A stretch of DNA of 63,724 nucleotides, counting the filler, from Lenisia limosa (taxonomy: Eukaryota; Protista; Breviatea): NCBI GenBank assembly GCA_001655205.1. It is 16 parts of 16 records of this genome, joined end to end, with 100 filler letters (N's around TTAATTAATTAA, not from the genome) between each part and the next. Parts side by side here need not be neighbours in the genome. Positions count along the whole stretch, not along the records: positions 22,557 to 24,806 come from LPNZ01010221.1; positions 24,907 to 26,348 come from LPNZ01004887.1; positions 26,449 to 32,473 come from LPNZ01003512.1; positions 32,574 to 34,564 come from LPNZ01005805.1; 12 more parts are not named here. One strand, 5' to 3'. Each line of letters opens with the position of its first letter. Position 1 is the first letter of the stretch. The notes beneath the pieces were generated by a model. The model worked only from the letters and a program-made list of their open reading frames with translations. It did no database searches and was not told the DNA's origin. The position numbers and the translations under genes were made by a program. Shown one piece after another: positions 23,070-34,664 of the stretch.

Positions 23070-24334
23070 TTCTCACTCAAACAGGAAAATGAAGACCTCC
23101 CGAAGGCGCGAATTACGCGAAATAGGCGTCAGTCACGCGCAATACGCCACATGAACTCCGATTCCGACCTGGTAGCCTCCCCGGCCGCGCCAGGGCCGAA
23201 GGTGCCACGTGCGCCTTGTGACTCACACTTGCCTTATGTGGATGTATCTTTTGGCCCGAATGAAATTCCGAAAAAGGCAGTTATCCCAAATAAGGTTCCG
23301 AACAAGGCAGTTATCCCAAATGAGCTTCCTAAAGAGGCAACCAGCCCTCCGAGATCACCCATTTCTTCCATTTCATCAAAGGAGAGTGAGCAGTCCCCAA
23401 GGTGGGGGGGGGGNNNNNNNNNNNNNNNNNNNNNNNNNNNNNNNNNNNNNNNNNNNNNNNNNNNNNNNNNNNNNNNNNNNNNNNNNNNNNNNNNNNNNNA
23501 CCTGGTTTAAAATTTGATATTCAGCAGAGTACGCAGAAAGCTGTGTGTACAGATTTTAAAGGAAAATGATTGGGTGAATTAATATGATACTAGAATCCAA
23601 TATCTCTCATCAGAGTGACGGTGTGGACGGCTTCTGTCAGATACAACGGCACCTTGTTCTATTTTCAACCTCTCAAATTATTCAGAAGGTTTGCGCCAGC
23701 GCCAGTAGTTGCGTCCCCAATCTCTTCCGTCACTGCCACGTCACCCTCCCCTTCCCAAGCTTCCGATGTGGAGTCTTCACCGTCTATAGGAGGGTCGCCT
23801 ATTATGGTGACGTCATCGTCTTCTGTTGGAGAGTCATCTCCCTCGGTGACACGCAATGTTGACGTAAAGTCTCCCATCTTGGTTAGTAAACCAGGGGTAC
23901 TCTCTTTTTACTTCGTATTGCAAATAAGTTTTACCCCTTTCGAAATAATAAAAATATTGTAACAGTTTCATAAATCCCCCTTTTCCTGTCTAATACTATA
24001 CATTATCGATGGGATGTGGTGCTGCAGAAGCGACTTGCCAAGACTTGATGTTGTGTATAATGAGTTGCTGGCCAACAGAGTTGATTTTGGGCTTTTTATG
24101 TTTCATAAATATTCCAATTTCCCTACAGCCTGGACTTTTTTTGTTTTGTTGTTATCAACCCTCGTGTGCTTTCAGCCAACAGAGTTGATTTTGGGCTTTT
24201 TTATTTCATAAATTTTCTAATTTTACTCCCCGCAGGAAGACTCTGATGGAGAAACGGTTGCATTAATTACACAATCACCCTCCAATGGTCCCAGTCGAGT
24301 TCTTTTCGAGGACCAAACTCACCGTGATAGGTAA
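23070..24334 (+). CDS. Hypothetical Ser/Pro-rich low-complexity protein, 3' part
   Basis: Open exons ..KAVIPNKVPNKAVIPNELPKEATSPPRSP.. / ..APVVASPISSVTATSPSPSQAS..SKPG| EDSDGETVAL..DR*. Module-C and module-A repeats lie in the intervening introns. Confidence 0.5.
24011..24235 (+). mobile_element. Intron-resident repeat, module A (two partial tandem copies), ending at an acceptor
   Basis: GGGATGTGGTGCTGCAGAAGCGAC..CCAACAGAGTTGATTTTGGGC..TTTCATAAAT.. occurs twice; it ends TTTTACTCCCCGCAG|GAAGAC. Confidence 0.75.
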
Positions 24335-25687
24335 CTGGGGTTACTTTGAGGACTTTACTTCAGTCCGAAAATAGACTGACAGTCTCGATAAATCCTCGAA
24401 ACCGTGTCAATTGTTTCTTCTTTCTCTTTCGGGCCAAAGTAAAACCCTATTAAGCTGGGTTCAAACTCTGGTTAACAGGTTTCAAACCCAGTTTTCACAG
24501 ACATCCATTTTCCCCTTCTTGTTTAATCATCACCACCTCTGTCACGTTTATTCTGGGGTTTTTTTGTTTCCTCAAATATTTTCCATTTTATCTCGCCTCT
24601 CCCTTATTTTGGTGCTTCTTGTTTACTTTGTAACTTTGTTTTTTGAATTTTTAGGATTTCAAATTATTCGGTTCGTAATGAGTGCCTTTTTGCAACTGAA
24701 TTTTTCCACGGGTGTTCTCCATAGTTTCCTTCGATTCACTCCCGAGGCATGATTTTGGATGAGGTCCCTTAAAAATTTGTCCATTTTTACTTACCACTCA
24801 CCAGACNNNNNNNNNNNNNNNNNNNNNNNNNNNNNNNNNNNNNNNNNNNNTTAATTAATTAANNNNNNNNNNNNNNNNNNNNNNNNNNNNNNNNNNNNNN
24901 NNNNNNCATGCAAGTGGCGAATCTGATCCGACAAGCGTCAGATGTAGAGAACTTATGTCAGTGCTATGTGGGATGGTGTCCCTTCTGGTAGAGTCTTATG
25001 GTGCCTAGTGTTGTTTCGGTTTATTTGCTTTTTCTATTCAGTTCTTCGTTTGATCCATTTGCCTATACGCATATTACTGCATATCCAGACGGTCTTAGCG
25101 CTGTTTGACCTATTACATATCATATTCGCAGCAGTTACAAAGGTCAAAGTACGCAACCAGGATTACGATTTGGCTGTCATGACGATAAGTACCAAATTCT
25201 TTACGACCACCAACAAATTCTGTACAAGCAGTTCCAAATTCTGTCTGACGCAAGATCGGTTCTCGGTCTGATCTCGACAATGGCCCATCTTCTGGCTAGA
25301 CGCCGAGGACGCAATCCCCCCCTTTTTACTTATCAAAAATTTCTCATTGACGCCTCGGTGGCCTTGGGAAATCAAGATTGATCCTTTTTTTAAAAAAGCC
25401 TTTAGATTTCTTGGAAACTATATCAACACTATATACAATCAACATTATATTAACATACAAGAACATACAAGAACAAGAAATAACCCATAAGAAAAGGAGA
25501 TCAGATAGATAACAACAACACTAAGAGTCTTTCTTCAGTGCTTTAGCATGCTCTGTGATGTCAAGGATTTAAGGAAAAAACACATCAAGATGAACTAAAA
25601 TCCGCGAAACCACAAACAAAAAACAAAGTAATGACAGCAATAAACGCTGACACGATACTCAGGAATCAAACCACAGAATACCCCCAC

Positions 25688-26312
25688 GGATTATTTGTGC
25701 ACGCAGGTGGAAATTCGGTATCAAAACCTTCGAAGACATCTGCAGCGTCAAAAACATATGAAATTAGAAAACTAAATTAGGCAAACCATATATGGTGAGA
25801 ATTGCACTCAATTATGGGGAAACAAAGCCCTAACGCTTTCTCCGCCCTCCCAAAGACCTCTAATACCCCCTCCCCCCACTTCAGCTCCGGACAGCGGCGA
25901 AGTGGAGTGACTGTTCAACCAGTGCTCTATGGCCGTCCTGGGGGGGGGGGGTGACGAAGGAAATTTCGATGAACACTGAATATTGGCCTAGGGATATCAC
26001 CATATTTTCCTGTGAAATTCATCAACTTTCACTGTACCCCTCTCACCTCTCATAGCAAACCCATATTACGCTCATTACAATGTTTTGTTTACCTTACAAT
26101 ACAATCTTACAATAAATTGCTTCACATTGAAATGCCTTACAATAAAATGCCTCACATTGAAATGTCTATCAATAAAATGTCTATCAATGGTCTCATTCCA
26201 CTATCCCCGCACCTCTCATAAGAGTGACCGTCAGCCGCCACCACCGGGTCCGTCATAGTTTCAATGAGAATGGGACACTGGAACGCTGCAACAGACCCGG
26301 CCTCGTCTAAGG
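25688..26312 (-). CDS. U-box domain protein (E3 ligase-like), internal part; further exons probably to about 25170
   Basis: AFQCPILIETMTDPVVAADGHSYER|TAIEHWLNSHSTSPLSGAE|MSSKVLIPNFHLRAQI matches the U-box consensus CPI..M.DPV..DG.SYER.AI..W..TSP..L.PN..LR. Confidence 0.88.
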
Positions 26313-26479
26313 CTGGGGGGTAAACGAAGGAAACTTTGATGAAGAATANNNNNNNNNNNNNNNNNNNNNNNNNNNNNNNNNNNNNNNNNNNNTTAATTAA
26401 TTAANNNNNNNNNNNNNNNNNNNNNNNNNNNNNNNNNNNNNNNNNNNNGTTATAATACAATTTCAATTTGATCAGGTAT

Positions 26480-28810
26480 CTCCCAAGCCCTTACAATAAT
26501 GAGAATGAGAGCCTCATAATTTCGGGTTTGCAAGGCAGTGGAAAGCATGTTCATATCCTGGCAGGCCGAAATGGGTGGAGTACCAGCTAAATCGAATTAC
26601 AATTATAGAGATATTTGTTGTAATGCGAATGAAAAAAGGCCGCATCTTCCCGAAGCCGTCCAGTCAAATACGCTTTGAGGAGATACTGGAATAGCAAAAC
26701 AGAGCATTTTAATACTGGGCTAAACTTTTACTTGAGAAATAACTGTTATATCAGATATGCATATGGAGAAATGAAAAATATCCACCCATAACCTTTAAAG
26801 ACAATGACTATAGTAGAATAGACATCCACCCATAGCTTTTAAAGACAATGATTATAGTAGAATAGACATCCACCTAAGCAATTGCGATACTACTTGCGAA
26901 GTGAAGCCCTAACTATAGTTATACAGTGGCAGTGGCCGCGGCCAGTGAATTTATCTTCGGATTTGGAGAACGGAATTATAATTGGCCGCATTTCCCTCGG
27001 TTGACTTTGAATTGTCACTTGAAATAAAAAAAATAGCAATTCCATTACACACCACCCCATCATACGAGTACCACCGCGATGTTGCAAGGGTGGTGGAACC
27101 TAAGAAGATTAAATTGGGCAAATAAGGGGGGAGAACTTGAAAGAGAAAATAACAGTGTAAAATGAGCATATGAGGCCATTTACAGTGTTGCCCCGAAATT
27201 CAGTTGGTGAAAGAAGGCAGTAAAAATGCTCATATCTGATTAGCATAAACAGTACGAATGATTTGAAGTGCTAAAAATGTGCATATGCACAACACAACAT
27301 ATCATTTCTTAATGAAGCTTTCTTATTGCCCAATTACCTGGTAGTTTTTTATTTTAATGCCAGCCATTTCTCTGACCGCAAGTCCGTGGAGGTGGGTTGG
27401 AGGCTTATAGACTGAGGGGGGCGGGTAAGAAAAACTGATGAAACAAAATAAAAACGTTGGAATCATCTCTGTTAACAAAATATTTGACATGATTTAGAGA
27501 TGAGAAAAAAAAAGAGAAAAGCATCTTGAAAAAAAGAAGACTTTTGCAAGAATACAGCCCCATTATTCAAAGAAGCACAATGTAGTATCCGTAATAGTAG
27601 ATCTCATATAATTCAATCATTTTCCAAGGAGCGAAGAGAAGCCCACCAACCAGCATGCTGCCCATGTTGAGATCGCACAAACGTCTGAAAAACACTAGGG
27701 GGCTCTTTTTGCGCGTCTGATAAACGTCAGTGAAGAATGGGGGGGGGGGGNNNNNNNNNNNNNNNNNNNNNNNNNNNNNNNNNNNNNNNNNNNNNNNNNN
27801 NNNNNNNNNNNNNNNNNNNNNNNNNATTAAGCCATTTTTCAATCTGGGGCTGGGGAATATATTATCGAGCTTTGATTTAATGCAAATAAAATGAATGATA
27901 TTTCCGAGGTATCACTGAAGACTCCCTCGAAAGTAAAGGTTCTTGGCTAGTGAAAAACGCAACAGATATGAAAGATGTTGCTCTGTCCATCCAGCTCAAA
28001 AGGAACAAAAAAGCAGGTTTAATGAAAACAAATCAACTTTGTGACAATCTAAAAGCCCTGAAAATATAATCACCACGCAACTAACCATTTGTGTAAGGTG
28101 TCAGAGCCTGATCGACTGGTGGAGAAGGCTCAACAGCCCGTAAGTGGGCAAAAAGGTTCTCCATCCCGGCCACTTTGAAGGCCGTTGTATTTTTTACGTT
28201 CTTATCAGGCGGAAAGTGTGAGACAAGTGTAAGTGAGAAAGAACTTTGAACTTGGAACTTTAATGCATCAATAATCTGGGGGTATGTTCACCCTAGAAAC
28301 AACAAATCGGATACATGTCCCGAAATTGAACCTCACATAAACCCTCCTAGAGGTTATACAACATAAAAACTACTACTAAAAAAAAACAGCAAGACGCTTC
28401 ATTGCCCAAGGGCTTTTGATTCTTCCTTCCTTCCTCCTCCCTCTTCTCGTCCTCACCATAATAGTAGAAAGAAATCTTCTTCTTCTTCCAATCTTCTTCT
28501 CCTTCAGCTCGTCGAATGGCCCTTGATTGACAAACACAGGAAATATAGGCAATCAAGATCATATGATCACAAACATTTCACTCTTCCATTGCCTTTCCCC
28601 ATCTCCTGCTCATAATAGCATATTTTTAACACAATTGCAAAATTATGTACGGGGGGAAGAAAGTCTGTTGTATTATCGAGAGTAAACTGGTGGAAGAAAT
28701 CTGTTCGTCTTCTCGTCAACTCTCACCGTTCTCTGCTCTTTAGATCGTGAAGTTGTTGTGAAAACGCAAAGAAGGCCGTTGAAGATGAGGCTCACGCCAA
28801 CCCTTTCCTG
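26480..28810 (-). CDS. Hypothetical multi-exon gene
   Basis: Short GT-AG-bounded coding-like blocks (VYKPPTHLHGLAVREMAALK; WPGWENLFAHLRAVEPSPP). Frame joining unresolved. Confidence 0.3.
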
Positions 28811-29025
28811 ACGACAGGTGTAGGGCTGAGGGGGGTGGGCGGATGAGGTGAGTCTCGCCTGGTGTAGGGCTGAGAGGGGTAGGCGGATGAGGTGAGTCTC
28901 GACTGGCTTCACCGGAAAAGATTGGTTTCTAAGAGGCGTATCTATTCTAATGAAGATGAATACCTCCGGGGTAAAGCTTTCGAGGATATTTCGAACTGAA
29001 GTGAAGATTAGTGAGGATTGTGCTA

Positions 29026-29075
29026 AAGTCCTGACACGGATATTGAGCTTTATGCAGTCAATCGTGTCAGGACTT
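29026..29075. mobile_element. Short hairpin element related to MITE family 2
   Basis: AAGTCCTGACACGG..ATCGTGTCAGGACTT; a near-identical copy is at 59147-59202. Confidence 0.65.
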
Positions 29076-29197
29076 CTCATGGTCAGTGCATAGAAGAATT
29101 CCCTGAAGTCTTCTAGTTTTGACTGATTTACTTACGCAATTTGATAAAGCCTTTTCAAATTAGTAATACATCCAGACCTAATACTATACATGGGGGT

Positions 29198-32100
29198 TTA
29201 CGAGTCCATTTCTGCCATTTCATCTTCGCCAGGGTGGTTCAATTCTTCCTCGGGAGCTGTGAAATGAAAGATATGAAAGATAAGAAAAAGAAGTGAATTA
29301 ATAAAACCAGACAATCTACTTGAGAACAGTCAACTCCCCCCTCTTCCCCACCAACTATATCATATATGTATGAAGTATACGTATATATACATGTATACAT
29401 GTATATATACAAAAAGTATACATATTGTTTTTAATACATGTGGATATACATGTAGTATATTATATATAATTATATATATTAGACAGTATATCATATACAG
29501 CGGGATCAGTCTTGACCGGATATCCTTGGGAAATCATATAGCAAATCGGTCACAACTTATCCCTGTCATTGTATGGACATAGCACGCCTCACCAGAAGCT
29601 TCGGAAGGGTCAAGTGGCTCTGACGGAGTTTGTGTGGGCATCTGGCTGGCTTGAGTCCTTTGAGGTCAAAAGTGCTTTTATGACAGCAAATGAGAGTTAG
29701 GAAATATACTAAATACAATATAATCAACGGCGAGGGAATATGGAAGATTGTTTATATGGTTCTTATGTTCCCATAGAACATTAGCATGAAGCATATAATG
29801 CTACCAGTTATAAAAATATAAAGATTCTGAAATAGTTTTGTTACAATGTGCCACATTTCAAAAAACGAAGTTAATTAGTCAATTAATTGCACACACAGAG
29901 TCTTAACGATCATGGGAAGATTTCACCAATATTTCCGATGGAAATAGGTCAAGTCTTAACCCTCTCCTCCCACTGAGTGATAACAGGCTCTCCCTTGTGC
30001 TCGCGGCTCTTAGTGAAGTACTCGTTGGGATGTGAAATGAACTCGCCAAGACCGCCAATCTTCAGGCCGTGGAGGTCCTCAAATGCGCGTGAGCACGCAA
30101 TCTGGGGTGTGCAGATTGCGTGTGAGTTGCGTGATGCTTGATATCAGAGTTCAGGAGTGAAAATAGTTTTTATTTACAAGGGGTTGTTTTAGAAATAAGG
30201 TACTCTTTTGTTTCATTTTTTCATTTGCGGCCTTCCTCCATCCTTCATCCTCACCGCACCTGGTAGTGGTTGGCGGCGGCGTTGGAGAGTACGCGCTCCT
30301 TACCAGCAGGGCTCAGGCCAAGAGAGTTCAGCTCAAGAGAGAGTCTCTCAGCCGACCATTGTCTGCGGTGTTAATAAGGGATGTTAATGAGGGGGGGGGG
30401 GGGNNNNNNNNNNNNNNNNNNNNNNNNNNNNNNNNNNNNNNNNNNNNNNNNNNNNNNNNNNNNNNNNNNNNNNNNNNNNNNNNGGGCATTCCACAAACCG
30501 GTACGGACAACCATGGCATTCGCCCGGGCCGGGCGCAGTCAGACGCGTGATGATGGTACTGCAACCAAACGGCGAATAGTCCACACGCTTGCCTTTTATG
30601 GTAAGTGTGTGAATATACATATATGTTATAGTGATTGCCTTTTTTGGTAGTTAGTGTGTGTACATATTGGGGAGGGGAAACAAAGAAACAATTGCCTGTT
30701 ATGGTAAAGTATGAAAATGTATGACTGGAATTAAAGCCATGTTTTCCTATTTTGGTAAGTGGCATTTATGTGTACATAAAGGGGAGGGGAATAAATCAAT
30801 AAAAAAAGATGAGTAGCACTGAATGGGCATGACCACAACCCCCCTCTCCCACCCTCTTTGCCGTAAGAATGACGGATGTTGTAGGCATATTCCTTGTCGA
30901 ACTTGTCCACTGGAAGGTCAAATTAGAATGTAACTAGCTATCGATATCTAATGTACATCATTTCTCTTGCTCAAAAAAAAAAGCAGGAAATTTGCGTGTT
31001 ATATTAACCCATTGTATCCCCAGATTAGTTAACCAATTGTATCCCCAGATTTAATTAATTTTGTGTCTGACTCAAAAAAAAAGGATCATAACAATCCATT
31101 ACATAAGCATGCCATTTTCAAGATTGTGAATATGCGTGATGTTTAGACCAAAAGACAAAGGACACCAAATGCTAAAAAATGTACGATGGGAAAACGTACC
31201 CTAGAAATGCCCTCCCCACCCGGCATTTTCTTTGAGAACTCCTGACGAAAGAACCTCAGACTGTCCTCCAAGCTGAGCCCAATACCCTGAAAAGTCATAG
31301 CTGGTGCTACCTACGGTCCCAAAAAAAGAAGAATTCCTCGATAAATCCTCGATAAATCCTTGATAAATCCTTGATAAATCCTCGAAAAAAATCAAAGCAA
31401 AACCCAAGAGCAATGCTGACACACCTTCAAATAGAGGCCATATTGTCTTCTTCCAGTGTGTTTGAGATGATGGTTTACTTTGAGGTGGGCATGCATGGAC
31501 CTCATACAGAGAGGGAACGACGCTGCAGCAAGCTAAACAAATGTCAGTGATTCCTGCTATATAAACGTCAGAGATTCCTGCTACATATTATAGGTGTCAG
31601 GGTTTTCTACAAGGTTGTACCCTGTCCATACCATCACGCTGATAAGAGAGATTGGATTAGATTATAACCTATTAATTCACCCAATCATTCGCTTTACAAC
31701 TCCCTACACAAGCTTTCTGCGTGCCTCCGTCTAACAATAGAACAAAAAAAAAACTGCCACCCTCACCGCATCCAAAGACGCTAAAGATACAGAGCCCGCG
31801 GCAACATCAGGTCTAAACGAGTGAAGACAAAAAGGGTTTTGGTGGTAGTGTTATGAAGAGAAAACCAAATCAAGCGTATCAATATTATGAGGTGGACAGC
31901 TTTGGCCTTTTTAATTTCTTATTTCTACATACTACATGCAATTACTATAGAGAATTACAGCAAGTAAGACGGAGTTATTATGGTTGTAATTATGTCACAA
32001 TTAGTGTTTCATTTCGGTTCGGTTCGGTTCGGTTCGGTTCGGGAATTATCGAACAGACTTTGTCTAATATAATCTATTTAACGAACCGAACTGATATCAA

Positions 32101-32301
32101 AAAGCCATTTTACGTAATAAAACTCAGATTGATCACTTCCTCCCCCCTATCTTACTTACTTCAGGCTGAAGATTGCGCCCATAATGAAGGTTTCTATACC
32201 TCCCCCCCCCCTCTCTTATTATACTCTCCCTACGTGAAGGAAGACATAGTTGCCAGTCGATTTGAGAGGGAAGTGACGAGCGGCACCAATCGTGAGTCAG
32301 C
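29198..32301 (-). CDS. PRIM2: DNA primase large subunit, C-terminal Fe-S domain region, multi-exon
   Basis: [36 protein letters not shown]|[17 protein letters not shown]..|[19 protein letters not shown]|[28 protein letters not shown]|[20 protein letters not shown]. All four Fe-S cysteines present; ends EMDS*. Confidence 0.95.
29496..29573. mobile_element. MITE family 2 copy (Tc1/mariner-like ends) in a PRIM2 intron
   Basis: TACAG..GGATCAGTCTTGACC..CCTTGGGAAATCAT..GGTCACAACTTATCCCTGTCATTGTA; homologous to 58349 and 63051. Confidence 0.6.
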
Positions 32302-32573
32302 CTAGGGGGTAAGGCACCATTTGAATGCGGGGATGGAGGAATGTGAAATTGGAAAATTTATGAAACAAAAGAGCCCAAAATCAACTCTGCTGGCTCAGAT
32401 ACTCAATTTAACTCCTGTTTCTATGGGGGCTCAACCCGTCATTCTTACTTGATATCATATCATATGCAGAGATNNNNNNNNNNNNNNNNNNNNNNNNNNN
32501 NNNNNNNNNNNNNNNNNTTAATTAATTAANNNNNNNNNNNNNNNNNNNNNNNNNNNNNNNNNNNNNNNNNNNN

Positions 32574-34564
32574 GCCAGTACTAGTGATATGGACAGTTAT
32601 CACCTTGTTACGTACCTGAGAATCGTTCGAGGTTGGGTATCCGGTCTCGCCAGCATTGGCCACTGATGAAGGATGCCCTAAGGAAGTGATGGGAGGAAAA
32701 TTGGAAAATTTATGAAACAAAAATAATATCCCAAAAACCACTCTGTTGGCTGACGACACACGAGGGTTAATAACAAAACAACCAAAAGCACTGGCCTGTT
32801 GCTTCTGCAACACCGCATCCCATCACTCCAGCGTACGTTACAACATAAAATTAATTCACCCAAATATTTACCTTACAACTCGGCACATCATTCAGTCTCC
32901 CCAGCATACCTTCATATAGAGTAGCAATGTGGCTACAGCGTATATCAGGGTGAGCCAGGCAAGAAGAGTTGCCACACCGCAGAAGAAGAGTAGCCACCCG
33001 CTTGAGAGGTCCAGGGATCTGGGGGTGAGAAGTTATAATATGAGGTGATAGGTGGGGCTTCCTTACGGTACGAAAAAGACTGGTAAAATATCGATGTTTA
33101 TCGAGGAATTATGTTGAGATTCAGTCTTTTTTAGGACAAAAGGGATAGGCAATGGAAAGTTGGTACCTCCACTATCGGATAAGATCCTCCGTTCGAATAA
33201 TAATACTACTACTACTACTACTACTAATAATAATGATGATGATAATAATAATAATAAACTGCCCATGCATTTCCCCGACCGATCGGCTACGAAATCGACG
33301 AGGACGGTAGCCACAAGACAGGTGTTGGTAAGGACGCTGATAGCGTTGAGGAACCACTCGTGGAAGGGCCACAAAAGCTGGGGAGGGGTGTAAAATTTTA
33401 AAATGGAAAATCTCACCCCCCCCCCCCNNNNNNNNNNNNNNNNNNNNNNNNNNNNNNNNNNNNNNNNNNNNNNNNNNNNNNNNNNNNNNNNNNNNNNNNN
33501 NNNNNNNNNNNGATGTTATTATAAGCATGAGACTCTGATCGAAAGCCAGTGTAGTGCATTTCCCCTCACAATGTTGGCAACAAGCAGCAGGAGTGAGAGC
33601 GGAAGAGCAACACCGAGTTGAGTGACATAAGAGAACTCCAAAAGGCTTCTACTGGCTGCGGCGGCGAACCAAAGCAGAAGCACAATAGGGGAGAGAAGAT
33701 AGAACTGTTCCAGAATTGGGAGGAAGAGAAATCCGAACTTCTCCTGAGTCTAATGGAGGTAATAATGCGAAATGTCTGTTAATGACATGTAATTATTATT
33801 CGGGATTGCCTGTGGTTCACTGAATTTTAGGATATGCGTACGAATATTTTCGATAAATACTGATATTTTTACGGTCTTTTCGCACCTTAAGGAAGCCCTA
33901 ATAATGTAGCTAAATAGACAAAGTGTTCGGTGTTTGCGTATATGTTACTAATAAGCTGAGTCATTATCCCACTCCTTCCCTTGCAACTTATTAAGACCTA
34001 GTGAATTTCATATCATTGTACCAGAATTAATGAATACAGACGAGTTACCACCATGGTATTAGAAGCATGGAAAATAACAGACCATTCAAGGCCCCCATTC
34101 TTTACCCTCCTCCCACTTCGGTATCATCAAGGTTGAACTTAGACTTCCTAAGAAGCACCAGCATTGCGGCGCTAATGACGACAAAGACGATCATAAGACA
34201 CAAACACGTCAGCCAGAAGGCAAAGTAGGTCCCGTCACACTCTGTCGCGAGTTCAACTTGGAGAACCGTCACTGGTTTTGTGAGTAAAATCTCGAATGAA
34301 GCGGGTAGTGCTGTGTTACTAATGTCAAGTGATCTTGGTTAGTCATGACCGATTGTCCGAAATATGATTCTGTCGCTGCACGCACATGTGTCACATAATA
34401 CCCCGCTCCCCCCCACAGTCATTACTGCCAAGAACATCCTCCAGCGTGACGCACGTGACACCCTCCCAGAGGCGCATGATGGTGTTGGGGGCGGTGATGA
34501 AGACAATTGCGCACACGCAACGAATGGCGTTATGTACCCAATTCAGCGCGCTGCCCTGTTGCGT
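32574..34564 (-). CDS. Multi-pass membrane protein, C-terminal TM bundle; 5' truncated
   Basis: NAIRCVCAIVFITAPNTIMRLWEGVTC|..ECDGTYFAFWLTCLCLMIVFVVISAAMLVLLRK..DDTE|TQEKFGFLFLPILEQFY..|LLWPFHEWFLNAISVLTN..; several TM helices. Resembles the gene at 54450-57280. Confidence 0.6.
32678..32909 (-). mobile_element. 232-nt intron composed almost entirely of module C (from the donor) and module A (to the acceptor): candidate full-length introner
   Basis: GTATGCTGGGGAG..GAGTTGTAAGGTAAATATTTGGGTGAATTAAT..GGGATGCGGTGTTGCAGAAGCAACAGGCC..CCCTCGTGTG..CAGCCAACAGAGTGG..GTTTCATAAATTTTCCAATTTT..CCTTAG. Confidence 0.65.
33054..33140. mobile_element. MITE family 1 variant (GGGGCTTCCTTACGGTACGAAAAAGAC), intronic
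   Basis: Shares CGAAAAAGAC..GGTAAAATATCGAT..TTTATCGAG..CAGTCTTTTT with the other family-1 copies. Confidence 0.6.
33812..33902. mobile_element. MITE family 1 variant, left end degraded
   Basis: ..CGATAAATACTGATATTTTTACGGTCTTTTCGCACCTTAAGGAAGCCC-TA; the end is the reverse complement of the 33054 terminus. Confidence 0.55.
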
Positions 34565-34664
34565 NNNNNNNNNNNNNNNNNNNNNNNNNNNNNNNNNNNN
34601 NNNNNNNNTTAATTAATTAANNNNNNNNNNNNNNNNNNNNNNNNNNNNNNNNNNNNNNNNNNNN

